A stretch of DNA of 64,000 nt from Auanema rhodensis (Eukaryota; Animalia; Nematoda): contig OZ059900.1 of NCBI GenBank assembly GCA_964057225.1, positions 22,444,001 to 22,508,000 of the forward strand, read 5' to 3'. Each line of letters begins with the position of its first letter. Position 1 is the stretch's first letter. The notes below the pieces were generated by a model. The model saw only the letters and a program-made list of their open reading frames with translations. It had not been told where the DNA came from and ran no database searches. The position numbers were made by a program, and so were the translations under genes. Positions 1 through 12,082 of this stretch are shown one piece after another.

Positions 1-769
1 GTCAATGAAACCTAGCTCAAAATTGTTCCTACAACGTCTAATTCCACTTTCACGACAAAAAAACAGGGGTTAGAAAATTAAGGAAATTAGCATATTCTGA
101 GGGCACGTCCCTTATGGCTAATATTGATTAAATCGATTTTTGTTCATATGAGTCGTCAAATGCAACGAATTTTAGCGTGTTACATACTAAAATGAAGCAT
201 TTTACATGCTGAACACTAGAAAAATACAAAAACACAGTATTTCCCATGAGAAATATTTTATTATGCTGGAAAACCAGTTTTTGGAAATTTCGCTGTAAAC
301 AAGGTTTTGACTTACGATTTCATGTGTTCAAACTCATGCAATGTCAATGAAACCTAGCTCAAAATTGTTCGTACAACGTCTAGTTCCACTTTCACGACAA
401 AAAAACAGGGGTTAGAAAATTAAGGAAATTAGCATATTCTGAGGGCACGCCCCTTATGGCTAATATTGATTAAATCGATTTTTGTTCATATGAGTCGTCA
501 AATGCAACGAATTTTAGCGTGTTACATACTAAAATGAAGCATTTTACATGCTGAACACTAGAAAAATACAAAAACACAGTATTTCCCATGAGAAATATTT
601 TATTATGCTGGAAAACCAGTTTTTGGAAATTTCGCTGTAAACAAGGTTTTGACTTACGATTTCATGTGTTCAAACTCATGCAATGTCAATGAAACCTAGC
701 TCAAAATTGTTCGTACAACGTCTAGTTCCACTTTCACGACAAAAAAACAGGGGTTAGAAAATTAAGGAA

Positions 770-806
770 ATTAGCATATTCTGAGGGCACGCCCCTTATG
801 GCTAAT
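770..806. other. Imperfect inverted repeat, monomer positions 86-122 (example copy; present in nearly every monomer)
   Basis: In ATTAGC-ATA-ttctg-AGGG-cacgc-CCCT-TAT-g-GCTAAT, the arms ATTAGC/GCTAAT, ATA/TAT and AGGG/CCCT are reverse complements. Confidence 0.75.
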
Positions 807-854
807 ATTGATTAAATCGATTTTTGTTCATATGAGTCGTCAAATGCAACGAAT

Positions 855-897
855 TTCAGCGTGTTACATACTAAAATGAAGCATTTTACATGCTGAA
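855..897. other. Imperfect inverted repeat, 18-bp arms with 7-nt loop, monomer positions 171-213 (example copy)
   Basis: The left arm TTCAGCGTGTTACATACT matches the reverse complement of the right arm (TTCAGCATGTAAAATGCT) at 14/18, or 15/18 in GAAGTAT-variant copies. Confidence 0.85.
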
Positions 898-919
898 CAC
901 TAGAAAAATACAAAAACAC

Positions 920-941
920 AGTATTTCCCATGAGAAATATT
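920..941. other. 22-bp quasi-palindrome, monomer positions 236-257 (example copy)
   Basis: AGTATTTCCCATGAGAAATATT is centred on CATG, and 9 of its 11 pairs are Watson-Crick. Confidence 0.85.
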
Positions 942-971
942 TTATTATGCTGGAAAACCAGTTTTTGGAAA

Positions 972-988
972 TTTCGCTGTAAACAAGG
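972..988 (+). other. Degenerate CENP-B-box-like 17-mer, monomer positions 288-304 (example copy)
   Basis: TTTCGCTGTAAACAAGG matches YTTCGTTGGAARCGGGA at 12/17, and at 7/9 of the core nTTCGnnnnAnnCGGGn positions (CAAG instead of CGGG). Function is unproven. Confidence 0.35.
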
Positions 989-3900
989 TTTTGACTTACG
1001 ATTTCATGTGTTCAAACTCATGCAATGTCAATGAAACCTAGCTCAAAATTGTTCCTACAACGTCTAGTTCCACTTTCACGACAAAAAAAACAGGGGTTAG
1101 AAAATTTAGGAAATTAGCATATTCTGAGGGCACGCCCCTTATGGCTAATATTGATTAAATCGATTTTTGTTCATATGAGTCGTCAAATGCAACGAATTTC
1201 AGCGTATTACAAACTAAAATGAAGTATTTCACATGCTGAACACTAGAAAAATACAAAAACACAGTATTTCCCATGAGAAATATTTTATTATGCTGGAAAA
1301 CCAGTTTTTGGAAATTTCGCTGTAAATAAGGTTTTGACTTACGATTTCATGTGTTCAAACTCATGCAATGTCAATGAAACCTTGCTCAAAATTGTTCCTA
1401 CAACGTCTAGTTCCACTTTCACGACAAAAAAACAGGGGTTAGAAAATTTAGGAAATTAGCATATTCTGAGGGCACGCCCCTTATGGCTAATATTGATTAA
1501 ATCGATTTTTGTTCATATGAGTCGTCAAATGAAACGAATTTCAGGGTGTTACATACTAAAATGAAGCATTTTACATGCTGAACACTATAAAAATACAAAA
1601 ACACAGTATTTCCCATGAGAAATATTTTATTATGCTGGAAAACCAGTTTTTGGAAAGTTCGCTGTAAACAAGGTTTTGACTTACGATTTCATGTGTTCAA
1701 ACTCATGCAATGTCAATGAAACCTAGCTCAAAATTGTTCCTACAACGTCTAATTCCACTTTCACGACAAAAAAACAGGGGTTAGAAAATTAAGGAAATTA
1801 GCACATTCTGAGGGCACGCCCCTTATGGCTAATATTGATTAAATCGATTTTTGTTCATATGAGTCGTCAAATGCAACGAATTTCAGCGTGTTACATACTA
1901 AAATGAAGTATTTTACATGCTGAACACTAGAAAAATACAAAAACACAGTATTTCCCATGAGAAATATTTTATTATGCTGGAAAACCAGTTTTTGGAAATT
2001 TCGCTGTAAACAAGGTTTTGACTTACGATTTCATGTGTTCAAACTCATGCAATGTCAATGAAACCTAGCTCAAAATTGTTCCTACAACGTCTAGTTCCAC
2101 TTTCACGACAAAAAAACAGGGGTTAGAAAATTTAGGAAATTAGCATATTCTGAGGGCACGCCCCTTATGGCTAATATTGATTAAATCGATTTTTGTTCAT
2201 ATGAGTCGTCAAATGCAACGAATTTCAGCGTATTACAAACTAAAATGAAGTATTTCACATGCTGAACACTAGAAAAATACAAAAACACAGTATTTCCCAT
2301 GAGAAATATTTTATTATGCTGGAAAACCAGTTTTTGGAAAGTTCGCTGTAAACAAGGTTTTGACTTACGATTTCATGTGTTCAAACTCATGCAATGTCAA
2401 TGAAACCTAGCTCAAAATTGTTCCTACAACGTCTAATTCCACTTTCACGACAAAAAAACAGGGGTTAGAAAATTAAGGAAATTAGCACATTCTGAGGGCA
2501 CGCCCCTTATGGCTAATATTGATTAAATCGATTTTTGTTCATATGAGTCGTCAAATGCAACGAATTTCAGCGTGTTACATACTAAAATGAAGTATTTTAC
2601 ATGCTGAACACTAGAGAAATACAAAAACACAGTATTTCCCATAAGAAATATTTTATTATGCTGGAAAACCAGTTTTTGGAAATTTCGCTGTAAACAAGGT
2701 TTTGACTTACGATTTCATGTGTTCAAACTCATGCAATGTCAATGAAACCTAGCTCAAAATTGTTCGTACAACGTCTAGTTCCACTTTCACGACAAAAAAA
2801 CAGGGGTTAGAAAATTAAGGAAATTAGCATATTCTGAGGGCACGCCCCTTATGGCTAATATTGATTAAATCGATTTTTGTTCATATGAGTAGTCAAATGC
2901 AACGAATTTCAGCGTGTTACATACTTAAATGAAGCATTTTACATGCTGAACACTAGAAAAATACAAAAACACAGTATTTCCCATGAGAAATATTTTATTA
3001 TGCTGGAAACCAGTTTTTGGAATTTTCGCTGTAAACAAGGTTTTGACTTACGATTTCATGTGTTCAAACTCATGCAATGTCAATAAAACCTAGCTCAAAA
3101 TTGTTCGTACAACGTCTAGTTCCACTTTCACGACAAAAAAACAGGGGTTAGAAAATTTAGGAAATTAGCATATTCTGAGGGCACGCCCCTTATGGCTAAT
3201 ATTGATTAAATCGATTTTTGTTCATATAAGTCGTCAAATGCAACGAATTTCAGCGTGTTACATACTAAAATGAAGTATTTTACATGCTGAACACTAGAAA
3301 AATACAAAAACACAGTATTTCCCATGAGAAATATTTTATTATGCTGGAAAACCAGTTTTTGGAAATTTCGCTGTAAACAAGGTTATGACTTACGATTTCA
3401 TGTGTTCAAACTCATGCAATGTCAATGAAACCTAGCTCAAAATTGTTCGTACAACGTCTAGTTCCACTTTCACGACAAAAAAACAGGGGTTAGAAAATTT
3501 AGGAAATTAGCATATTCTGAGGGCACGCCCCTTATGGCTAATATTGATTAAATCGATTTTTGTTCATATGAGTCGTCAAATGCAACGAATTTCAGCGTGT
3601 TACATACTAAAATGAAGTATTTTACATGCTGAACACTAGAAAAATACAAAAACACAGTATTTCCCATGAGAAATATTTTATTATGCTGGAAAACCAGTTT
3701 TTGGAAATTTCGCTGTAAACAAGGTTTTGACTTACGATTTCATGTGTTCAAACTCATGCAATGTCAATGAAACCTAGCTCAAAATTGTTCCTACAACGTC
3801 TAGTTCCACTTTCACGACAAAAAACAGGGGTTAGAAAATTAAGGAAATTAGCATATTCTGAGGGCACGCCCCTTATGGCTAATATTGATTAAATCGATTT

Positions 3901-4103
3901 TTGTTCATATGAGTCGTCAAATGCAACGAATTTCAGCGTGTTACATACTAAAATGAAGCATTTTACATGCTGAACACTAGAAAAATACAAAAACACAGTA
4001 TTTCCCATGAGAAATATTTTATTATGCTGGAAAACCACTTTTTGGAAATTTCGCTGTAAACAAGGTTTTGACTTACGATTTCATGTGTTCAAACTCATGC
4101 AAT

Positions 4104-7100
4104 GTCAATGAAACCTAGCTCAAAACTGTTCCTACAACGTCTAGTTCCACTTTCACGACAAAAAAACAGGGGTTAGAAAATTAAGGAAATTAGCATATTC
4201 TGAGGGCACGACCTTTATGGCTAATATTGATTAAATCGATTTTTGTTCATATGAGTCGTCAAATGCAACGAATTTCAGCGTGTTACATACTAAAGTGAAG
4301 CATTTTACATGCTGAACACTATAAAAATACAAAAACACAGTATTTCCCATGAGAAATATTTTATTATGCTGGAAAACCAGTTTTTGGAAATTTCGCTGTA
4401 AACAAGGTTTTGACTTACGATTTCATGTGTTCAAACTCATGCAATGTCAATGAAACCTAGCTCAAAACTGTTCGTACAACGTCTAGTTCCACTTTCACGA
4501 CAAAAAAACAGGGGTTAGAAAATTTAGGAAATTAGCATATTCTGAGGGCACGCCCCTTATGGCTAATATTGATTAAATCGATTTTTGTTCATATGAGTCG
4601 TCAAATGCAACGAATTTCAGCGTGTTACATACTAAAATGAAGTATTTTACATGCTGAACACTAGAAAAATACAAAAACACAGTATTTCCCATAAGAAATA
4701 TTTTATTATGCTGGAAAACCAGTTTTTGGAAATTTCGCTGTAAACAAGGTTTTGACTTACGATTTCATGTGTTCAAACTCATGCAATGTCAATGAAACCT
4801 AGCTCAAAATTGTTCGTACAACGTCTAGTTCCACTTTCACGACAAAAAAACAGGGGTTAGAAAATTAAGGAAATTAGCATATTCTGAGGGCACGCCCCTT
4901 ATGGCTAATATTGATTAAATCGATTTTTGTTCATATGAGTCGTCAAATGCAACGAATTTCAGCGTGTTACATACTGAAATGAAGCATTTTACATGCTGAA
5001 CACTAGAAAAATACAAAAACACAGTTTTTCCCATGAGAAATATTTTATTATGCTGGAAAACCAGTTTTTGGAAATTTCGCTGTAAACAAGGTTTTGACTT
5101 ACGATTTCATGTGTTCAAACTCATGCAATGTCAATGAAACCTAGCTCAAAACTGTTCGTACAACGTCTAGTTCCACTTTCACGACAAAAAAACAGGGGTT
5201 AGAAAATTTAGGAAATTAGCATATTCTGAGGGCACGCCCCTTATGGCTAATATTGATTAAATCGATTTTTGTTCATATGAGTCGTCAAATGCAACGAATT
5301 TCAGCGTGTTACATACTAAAATGAAGTATTTTACATGCTGAACACTAGAAAAATACAAAAACACAGTATTTCCCATAAGAAATATTTTATTATGCTGGAA
5401 AACCAGTTTTTGGAAATTTCGCTGTAAACAAGGTTTTGACTTACGATTTCATGTGTTCAAACTCATGCAATGTCAATGAAACCTTGCTCAAAATTGTTCC
5501 TACAACGTCTAGTTACACTTTCACGACAAAAAAACAGGGGTTAGAAAATTAAGGAAATTAGCATATTCTGAGGGCACGCCCCTTATGGCTAATATTGATT
5601 AAATCGATTTTTGTGCATATGAGTCGTCAAATGCAACGAATTTCAGCGTGTTACATACTAAAATGAAGTATTTTACATGCTGAACACTAGAAAAATACAA
5701 AAACACAGTATTTCCCATGAGAAATATTTTATTATGCTGGAAAACCAGTTTTTGGAAATTTCGCTGTAAACAAGGTTTTGACTTACGATTTCATGTGTTC
5801 AAACTCATGCAATGTCAATGAAACCTAGCTCAAAATTGTTCGTACAACGTCTAGTTCCACTTTCACGACAAAAAAACAGGGGTTAGAAAATTAAGGAAAT
5901 TAGCATATTCTGAGGGCACGCCCCTTATGGCTAATATTGATTAAATCGATTTTTGTTCATATGAGTCGTCAAATGCAACGAATTTCAGCGTGTTACACAC
6001 TAAAATGAAGCATTTTACATGCTGAACACTAGAAAAATACAAAAACACAGTATTTCCCATGAGAAATATTTTATTATACTGGAAACCAGTTTTTGGAATT
6101 TTCGCTGTAAACAAGGTTTTGACTTACGATTTCATGTGTTCAAACTCATGCAATGTCAATGAAACCTAGCTCAAAATTGTTCCTACAACGTCTAGTTCCA
6201 CTTTCACGACAAAAAAACAGGGGTTAGAAATTTTAGGAAATTAGCATATTCTGAGGGCACGCCCCTTATGGCTAATATTGATTAAATCGATTTTTGTTCA
6301 TATGAGTCGTCAAATGCAACGAATTTCAGCGTGTTACACACTAAAATGAAGCATTTTACATGCTGAACACTAGAAAAATACAAAAACACAGTTTTTCCCA
6401 TGAGAAATATTTTATTATGCTGGAAAACCAGTTTTTGGAAATTTCGCTGTAAACAAGGTTTTGACTTACGATTTCATGTGTTCAAACTCATGCAATGTCA
6501 ATGAAACCTAGCTCAAAATTGTTCGTACAACGTCTAGTTCCACTTTCACGACAAAAAAACAGGGGTTAGAAAATTAAGGAAATTAGCATATTCTGAGGGC
6601 ACGCCCCTTATGGCTAATATTGATTAAATCGATTTTTGTTCATATGAGTCGTCAAATGCAACGAATTTCAGCGTGTTACATACTAAAATGAAGCATTTTA
6701 CATGCTGAACACTAGAAAAATACAAAAACACAGTATTTCCCATGAGAAATATTTTATTATGCTGGAAAACCAGTTTTTGGAAATTTCGCTGTAAACAAGG
6801 TTTTGACTTACGATTTCATGTGTTCAAACTCATGCAATGAAAATGAAACCTAGCTCAAAATTGTTCCTACAACGTCTAGTTCCACTTTCACGACAACAAA
6901 ACAGGGGTTAGAAAATTAAGGAAATTAGCATATTCTGAGGGCACGCCCCTTATGGCTAATATTGATTAAATCGATTTTTGTTCATATGAGTCGTCAAATG
7001 CAACGAATTTCAGCGTGTTACATACTAAAATGAAGCATTTTACATGCTGAACACTAGAAAAATACAAAAACACAGTATTTCCCATGAGAAATATTTTATT

Positions 7101-9573
7101 ATGCTGGAAAACCACTTTTTGGAAATTTCGCTGTAAACAAGGTTTTGACTTACGATTTCATGTGTTCAAACTCATGCAATGTCAATGAAACCTAGCTCAA
7201 AACTGTTCCTACAACGTCTAGTTCCACTTTCACGACAAAAAAACAGGGGTTAGAAAATTAAGGAAATTAGCATATTCTGAGGGCACGACCTTTATGGCTA
7301 ATATTGATTAAATCGATTTTTGTTCATATGAGTCGTCAAATGCAACGAATTTCAGCGTGTTACATACTAAAGTGAAGCATTTTACATGCTGAACACTATA
7401 AAAATACAAAAACACAGTATTTCCCATGAGAAATATTTTATTATGCTGGAAAACCAGTTTTTGGAAATTTCGCTGTAAACAAGGTTTTGACTTACGATTT
7501 CATGTGTTCAAACTCATGCAATGTCAATGAAACCTAGCTCAAAACTGTTCGTACAACGTCTAGTTCCACTTTCACGACAAAAAAACAGGGGTTAGAAAAT
7601 TTAGGAAATTAGCATATTCTGAGGGCACGCCCCTTATGGCTAATATTGATTAAATCGATTTTTGTTCATATGAGTCGTCAAATGCAACGAATTTCAGCGT
7701 GTTACATACTAAAATGAAGTATTTTACATGCTGAACACTAGAAAAATACAAAAACACAGTATTTCCCATAAGAAATATTTTATTATGCTGGAAAACCAGT
7801 TTTTGGAAATTTCGCTGTAAACAAGGTTTTGACTTACGATTTCATGTGTTCAAACTCATGCAATGTCAATGAAACCTAGCTCAAAATTGTTCGTACAACG
7901 TCTAGTTCCACTTTCACGACAAAAAAACAGGGGTTAGAAAATTAAGGAAATTAGCATATTCTGAGGGCACGCCCCTTATGGCTAATATTGATTAAATCGA
8001 TTTTTGTTCATATGAGTCGTCAAATGCAACGAATTTCAGCGTGTTACATACTGAAATGAAGCATTTTACATGCTGAACACTAGAAAAATACAAAAACACA
8101 GTTTTTCCCATGAGAAATATTTTATTATGCTGGAAAACCAGTTTTTGGAAATTTCGCTGTAAACAAGGTTTTGACTTACGATTTCATGTGTTCAAACTCA
8201 TGCAATGTCAATGAAACCTAGCTCAAAACTGTTCGTACAACGTCTAGTTCCACTTTCACGACAAAAAAACAGGGGTTAGAAAATTTAGGAAATTAGCATA
8301 TTCTGAGGGCACGCCCCTTATGGCTAATATTGATTAAATCGATTTTTGTTCATATGAGTCGTCAAATGCAACGAATTTCAGCGTGTTACATACTAAAATG
8401 AAGTATTTTACATGCTGAACACTAGAAAAATACAAAAACACAGTATTTCCCATAAGAAATATTTTATTATGCTGGAAAACCAGTTTTTGGAAATTTCGCT
8501 GTAAACAAGGTTTTGACTTACGATTTCATGTGTTCAAACTCATGCAATGTCAATGAAACCTTGCTCAAAATTGTTCCTACAACGTCTAGTTACACTTTCA
8601 CGACAAAAAAACAGGGGTTAGAAAATTAAGGAAATTAGCATATTCTGAGGGCACGCCCCTTATGGCTAATATTGATTAAATCGATTTTTGTGCATATGAG
8701 TCGTCAAATGCAACGAATTTCAGCGTGTTACATACTAAAAAGAAGTATTTTACATGCTGAACACTAGAAAAATACAAAAACACAGTATTTCCCATGAGAA
8801 ATATTTTATTATGCTGGAAAACCAGTTTTTGGAAATTTCGCTGTAAACAAGGTTTTGACTTACGATTTCATGTGTTCAAACTCATGCAATGTCAATGAAA
8901 CCTAGCTCAAAATTGTTCGTACAACGTCTAGTTCCACTTTCACGACAAAAAAACAGGGGTTAGAAAATTAAGGAAATTAGCATATTCTGAGGGCACGCCC
9001 CTTATGGCTAATATTGATTAAATCGATTTTTGTTCATATGAGTCGTCAAATGCAACGAATTTCAGCGTGTTACACACTAAAATGAAGCATTTTACATGCT
9101 GAACACTAGAAAAATACAAAAACACAGTATTTCCCATGAGAAATATTTTATTATACTGGAAACCAGTTTTTGGAATTTTCGCTGTAAACAAGGTTTTGAC
9201 TTACGATTTCATGTGTTCAAACTCATGCAATGTCAATGAAACCTAGCTCAAAATTGTTCCTACAACGTCTAGTTCCACTTTCACGACAAAAAAACAGGGG
9301 TTAGAAATTTTAGGAAATTAGCATATTCTGAGGGCACGCCCCTTATGGCTAATATTGATTAAATCGATTTTTGTTCATATGAGTCGTCAAATGCAACGAA
9401 TTTCAGCGTGTTACACACTAAAATGAAGCATTTTACATGCTGAACACTAGAAAAATACAAAAACACAGTTTTTCCCATGAGAAATATTTTATTATGCTGG
9501 AAAACCAGTTTTTGGAAATTTCGCTGTAAACAAGGTTTTGACTTACGATTTCATGTGTTCAAACTCATGCAAT
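4104..9573 (+). repeat. Local higher-order duplication: 7 monomers at 4104-6496 repeated at 7181-9573 (offset 3077 bp, 9 monomers)
   Basis: Both copies carry the same ordered variants: GACCTTT/AAGTG, ACTGAAA, TTACAC+GTGCAT, ACACAC, AATTTTAGG. Confidence 0.9.
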
Positions 9574-12082
9574 GTCAATGAAACCTAGCTCAAAATTGTT
9601 CGTACAACGTCTAGTTCCACTTTCACGACAAAAAAACAGGGGTTAGAAAATTTAGGAAATTAGCATATTCTGAGGGCACGCCCCTTATGGCTAATATTGA
9701 TTAAATCGATTTTTGTTCATATGAGTCGTCAAATGCAACGAATTTCATCGTGTTACATACTAAAATGAAGTATTTTACATGCTGAACACTAGAAAAATAC
9801 AAAAACACAGTATTTCCCATGAGAAATATTTTATTATGCTGGAAAACCAGTTTTTGGAAGTTTCGCTGTAAACAAGGTTTTGACTTACGATTTCATGTGT
9901 TCAAACTCATGCAATGTCAATGAAACCTAGCTCAAAATTGTTCCTACAACGTCTAATTCCACTTTCACGACAAAAAAACAGGGGTTAGAAAATTAAGGAA
10001 ATTAGCATATTCTGAGGGCACGCCCCTTATGGCTAATATTGATTAAATCGATTTTTGTTCATATGAGTCGTCAAATGCAACGAATTTCAGCGTGTTACAT
10101 ACTAAAATGAAGCATTTTACATGCTGAACACTAGAAAAATACAAAAACACAGTATTTCCCATGAGAAATATTTTATTATGCTGGAAAACCAGTTTTTGGA
10201 AATTTCGCTGTAAACAAGGTTTTGACTTACGATTTCATGTGTTCAAACTCATGCAATGAAAATGAAACCTAGCTCAAAATTGTTCCTACAACGTCTAGTT
10301 CCACTTTCACGACAACAAAACAGGGGTTAGAAAATTAAGGAAATTAGCATATTCTGAGGGCACGCCCCTTATGGCTAATATTGATTAAATCGATTTTTGT
10401 TCATATGAGTCGTCAAATGCAACGAATTTCAGCCTGTTACATACTAAAATGAAGCATTTCACATGCTGAACACTAGAAAAATACAAAAACACAGTATTTC
10501 CCATGAGAAATATTTTATTATGCTGGAAAACCAGTTTTTGGAAAGTTCGCTGTAAACAAGGTTTTGACTTACGATTTCATGTGTTCAAACTCATGCAATG
10601 TCAATGAAACCTAGCTCAAAATTGTTCGTACAACGTCTAGTTCCACTTTCACGACAAAAAAACAGGGGTTAGAAAATTAAGGAAATTAGCATATTCTGAG
10701 GGCACGCCCCTTATGGCTAATATTGATTAAATCGATTTTTGTTCATATGAGTCGTCAAATGCAATTAATTTCAGCGTGTTACATACTAAAATGAAGCATT
10801 TTACATGCTGAACACTAAAAAAATACAAAAACACAGTATTTCCCATGAGAAATATTTTATTATGCTGGAAAACGAGTTTTTGGAAATTTCGCTGTAAACA
10901 AGGTTTTGACTTACGATTTCATGTGTTCAAACTCATGCAATGTCAATGAAACCTAGCTCAAAATTGTTCCTACAACGTCTAGTTCCACTTTCACGACAAA
11001 AAAACAGGGGTTAGACAATTAAGGAAATTAGCATATTCTGAGGGCACGCCCCTTATGGCTAATATTGATTAAATCGATTTTTGTTCATATGAGTCGTCAA
11101 ATGCAACGAATTTCAGCGTGTTACATACTTAAATGAAGCATTTTACATGCTGAACACTAGAAAAATACAAAAACACAGTATTTCCCATGAGAAATATTTT
11201 ATTATACTGGAAACCAGTTTTTGGAATTTTCGCTGTAAACAAGGTTTTGACTTACGATTTCATGTGTTCAAACTCATGCAATGTCAATGAAACCTAGCTC
11301 AAAACTGTTCGTACAACGTCTAGTTCCACTTTCACGACAAAAAAACAGGGGTTAGAAAATTTAGGAAATTAGCATATTCTGAGGGCACGCCCCTTATGGC
11401 TAATATTGATTAAATCGATTTTTGTTCATATGAGTCGTCAAATGCAACGAATTTCAGCGTGTTACATACTAAAATGAAGTATTTTACATGCTGAACACTA
11501 GAAAAGTACAAAAACACAGTATTTCCCATAAGAAATATTTTATTATACTGGAAACCAGTTTTTGGAATTTTCGCTGTAAACAAGGTTTTGACTTACGATT
11601 TCATGTGTTCAAACTCATGCAATGTCAATGAAACCTAGCTCAAAATTGTTCGTACAACGTCTAGTTCCACTTTCACGACAAAAAAACAGGGGTTAGAAAA
11701 TTAAGGAAATTAGCATATTCTGAGGGCACGCCCCTTATGGCTAATATTGATTAAATCGATTTTTGTTCATATGAGTCGTCAAATGCAATTAATTTCAGCG
11801 TGTTACATACTTAAATGAAGCATTTTACATGCTGAACACTAGAAAAATACAAAAACACAGTATTTCCCATGAGAAATATTTTATTATACTGGAAACCAGT
11901 TTTTGGAATTTTCGCTGTAAACAAGGTTTTGACTTACGATTTCATGTGTTCAAACTCATGCAATGTCAATGAAACCTAGCTCAAAACTGTTCGTACAACG
12001 TCTAGTTCCACTTTCACGACAAAAAAACAGGGGTTAGAAAATTTAGGAAATTAGCATATTCTGAGGGCACGCCCCTTATGGC

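Larger units (their letters stand above)
685..1026 (+). repeat. Representative near-consensus 342-bp monomer
   Basis: This copy lacks the rare variants seen elsewhere. Hand count of the consensus gives about 116 G+C of 342 (34%). It contains single ATCGAT (ClaI) and CATATG (NdeI) sites, so a partial digest would give a 342-bp ladder. Confidence 0.95.

Noticed and set aside
66-91. Telomere-like words GGGTTAG, TTTAGG (variant copies) and TTAGC
   Set aside because: These are isolated single words in an 8-9-bp micro-repeat (GAAAATTAG-like), never tandem telomeric repeats, and are expected by chance.
1-342. Primate alpha satellite (171/342-bp periodicity)
   Set aside because: Only the length and two short words (CAGTTTTTGGAAA, TGTGTTCAAACTCA) resemble it. 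Their spacing is not colinear with the alpha consensus as I recall it, and there is no intact CENP-B box. A Dfam or BLAST search would settle this.
1-342. 5S rRNA, tRNA or snRNA tandem gene unit
   Set aside because: I recognise no 5S, tRNA cloverleaf or snRNA sequence, and the unit is AT-rich. An Infernal/Rfam scan would be decisive.
1-342. Tandem MITE or other transposon-derived unit
   Set aside because: The inverted repeats are short-range and internal. There are no terminal inverted repeats bounding the unit and no target-site duplications.
1083-1090. Single A8 tract (343-bp monomer) and other singleton changes
   Set aside because: One-off homopolymer or single-base differences cannot be told apart from sequencing error without reads.
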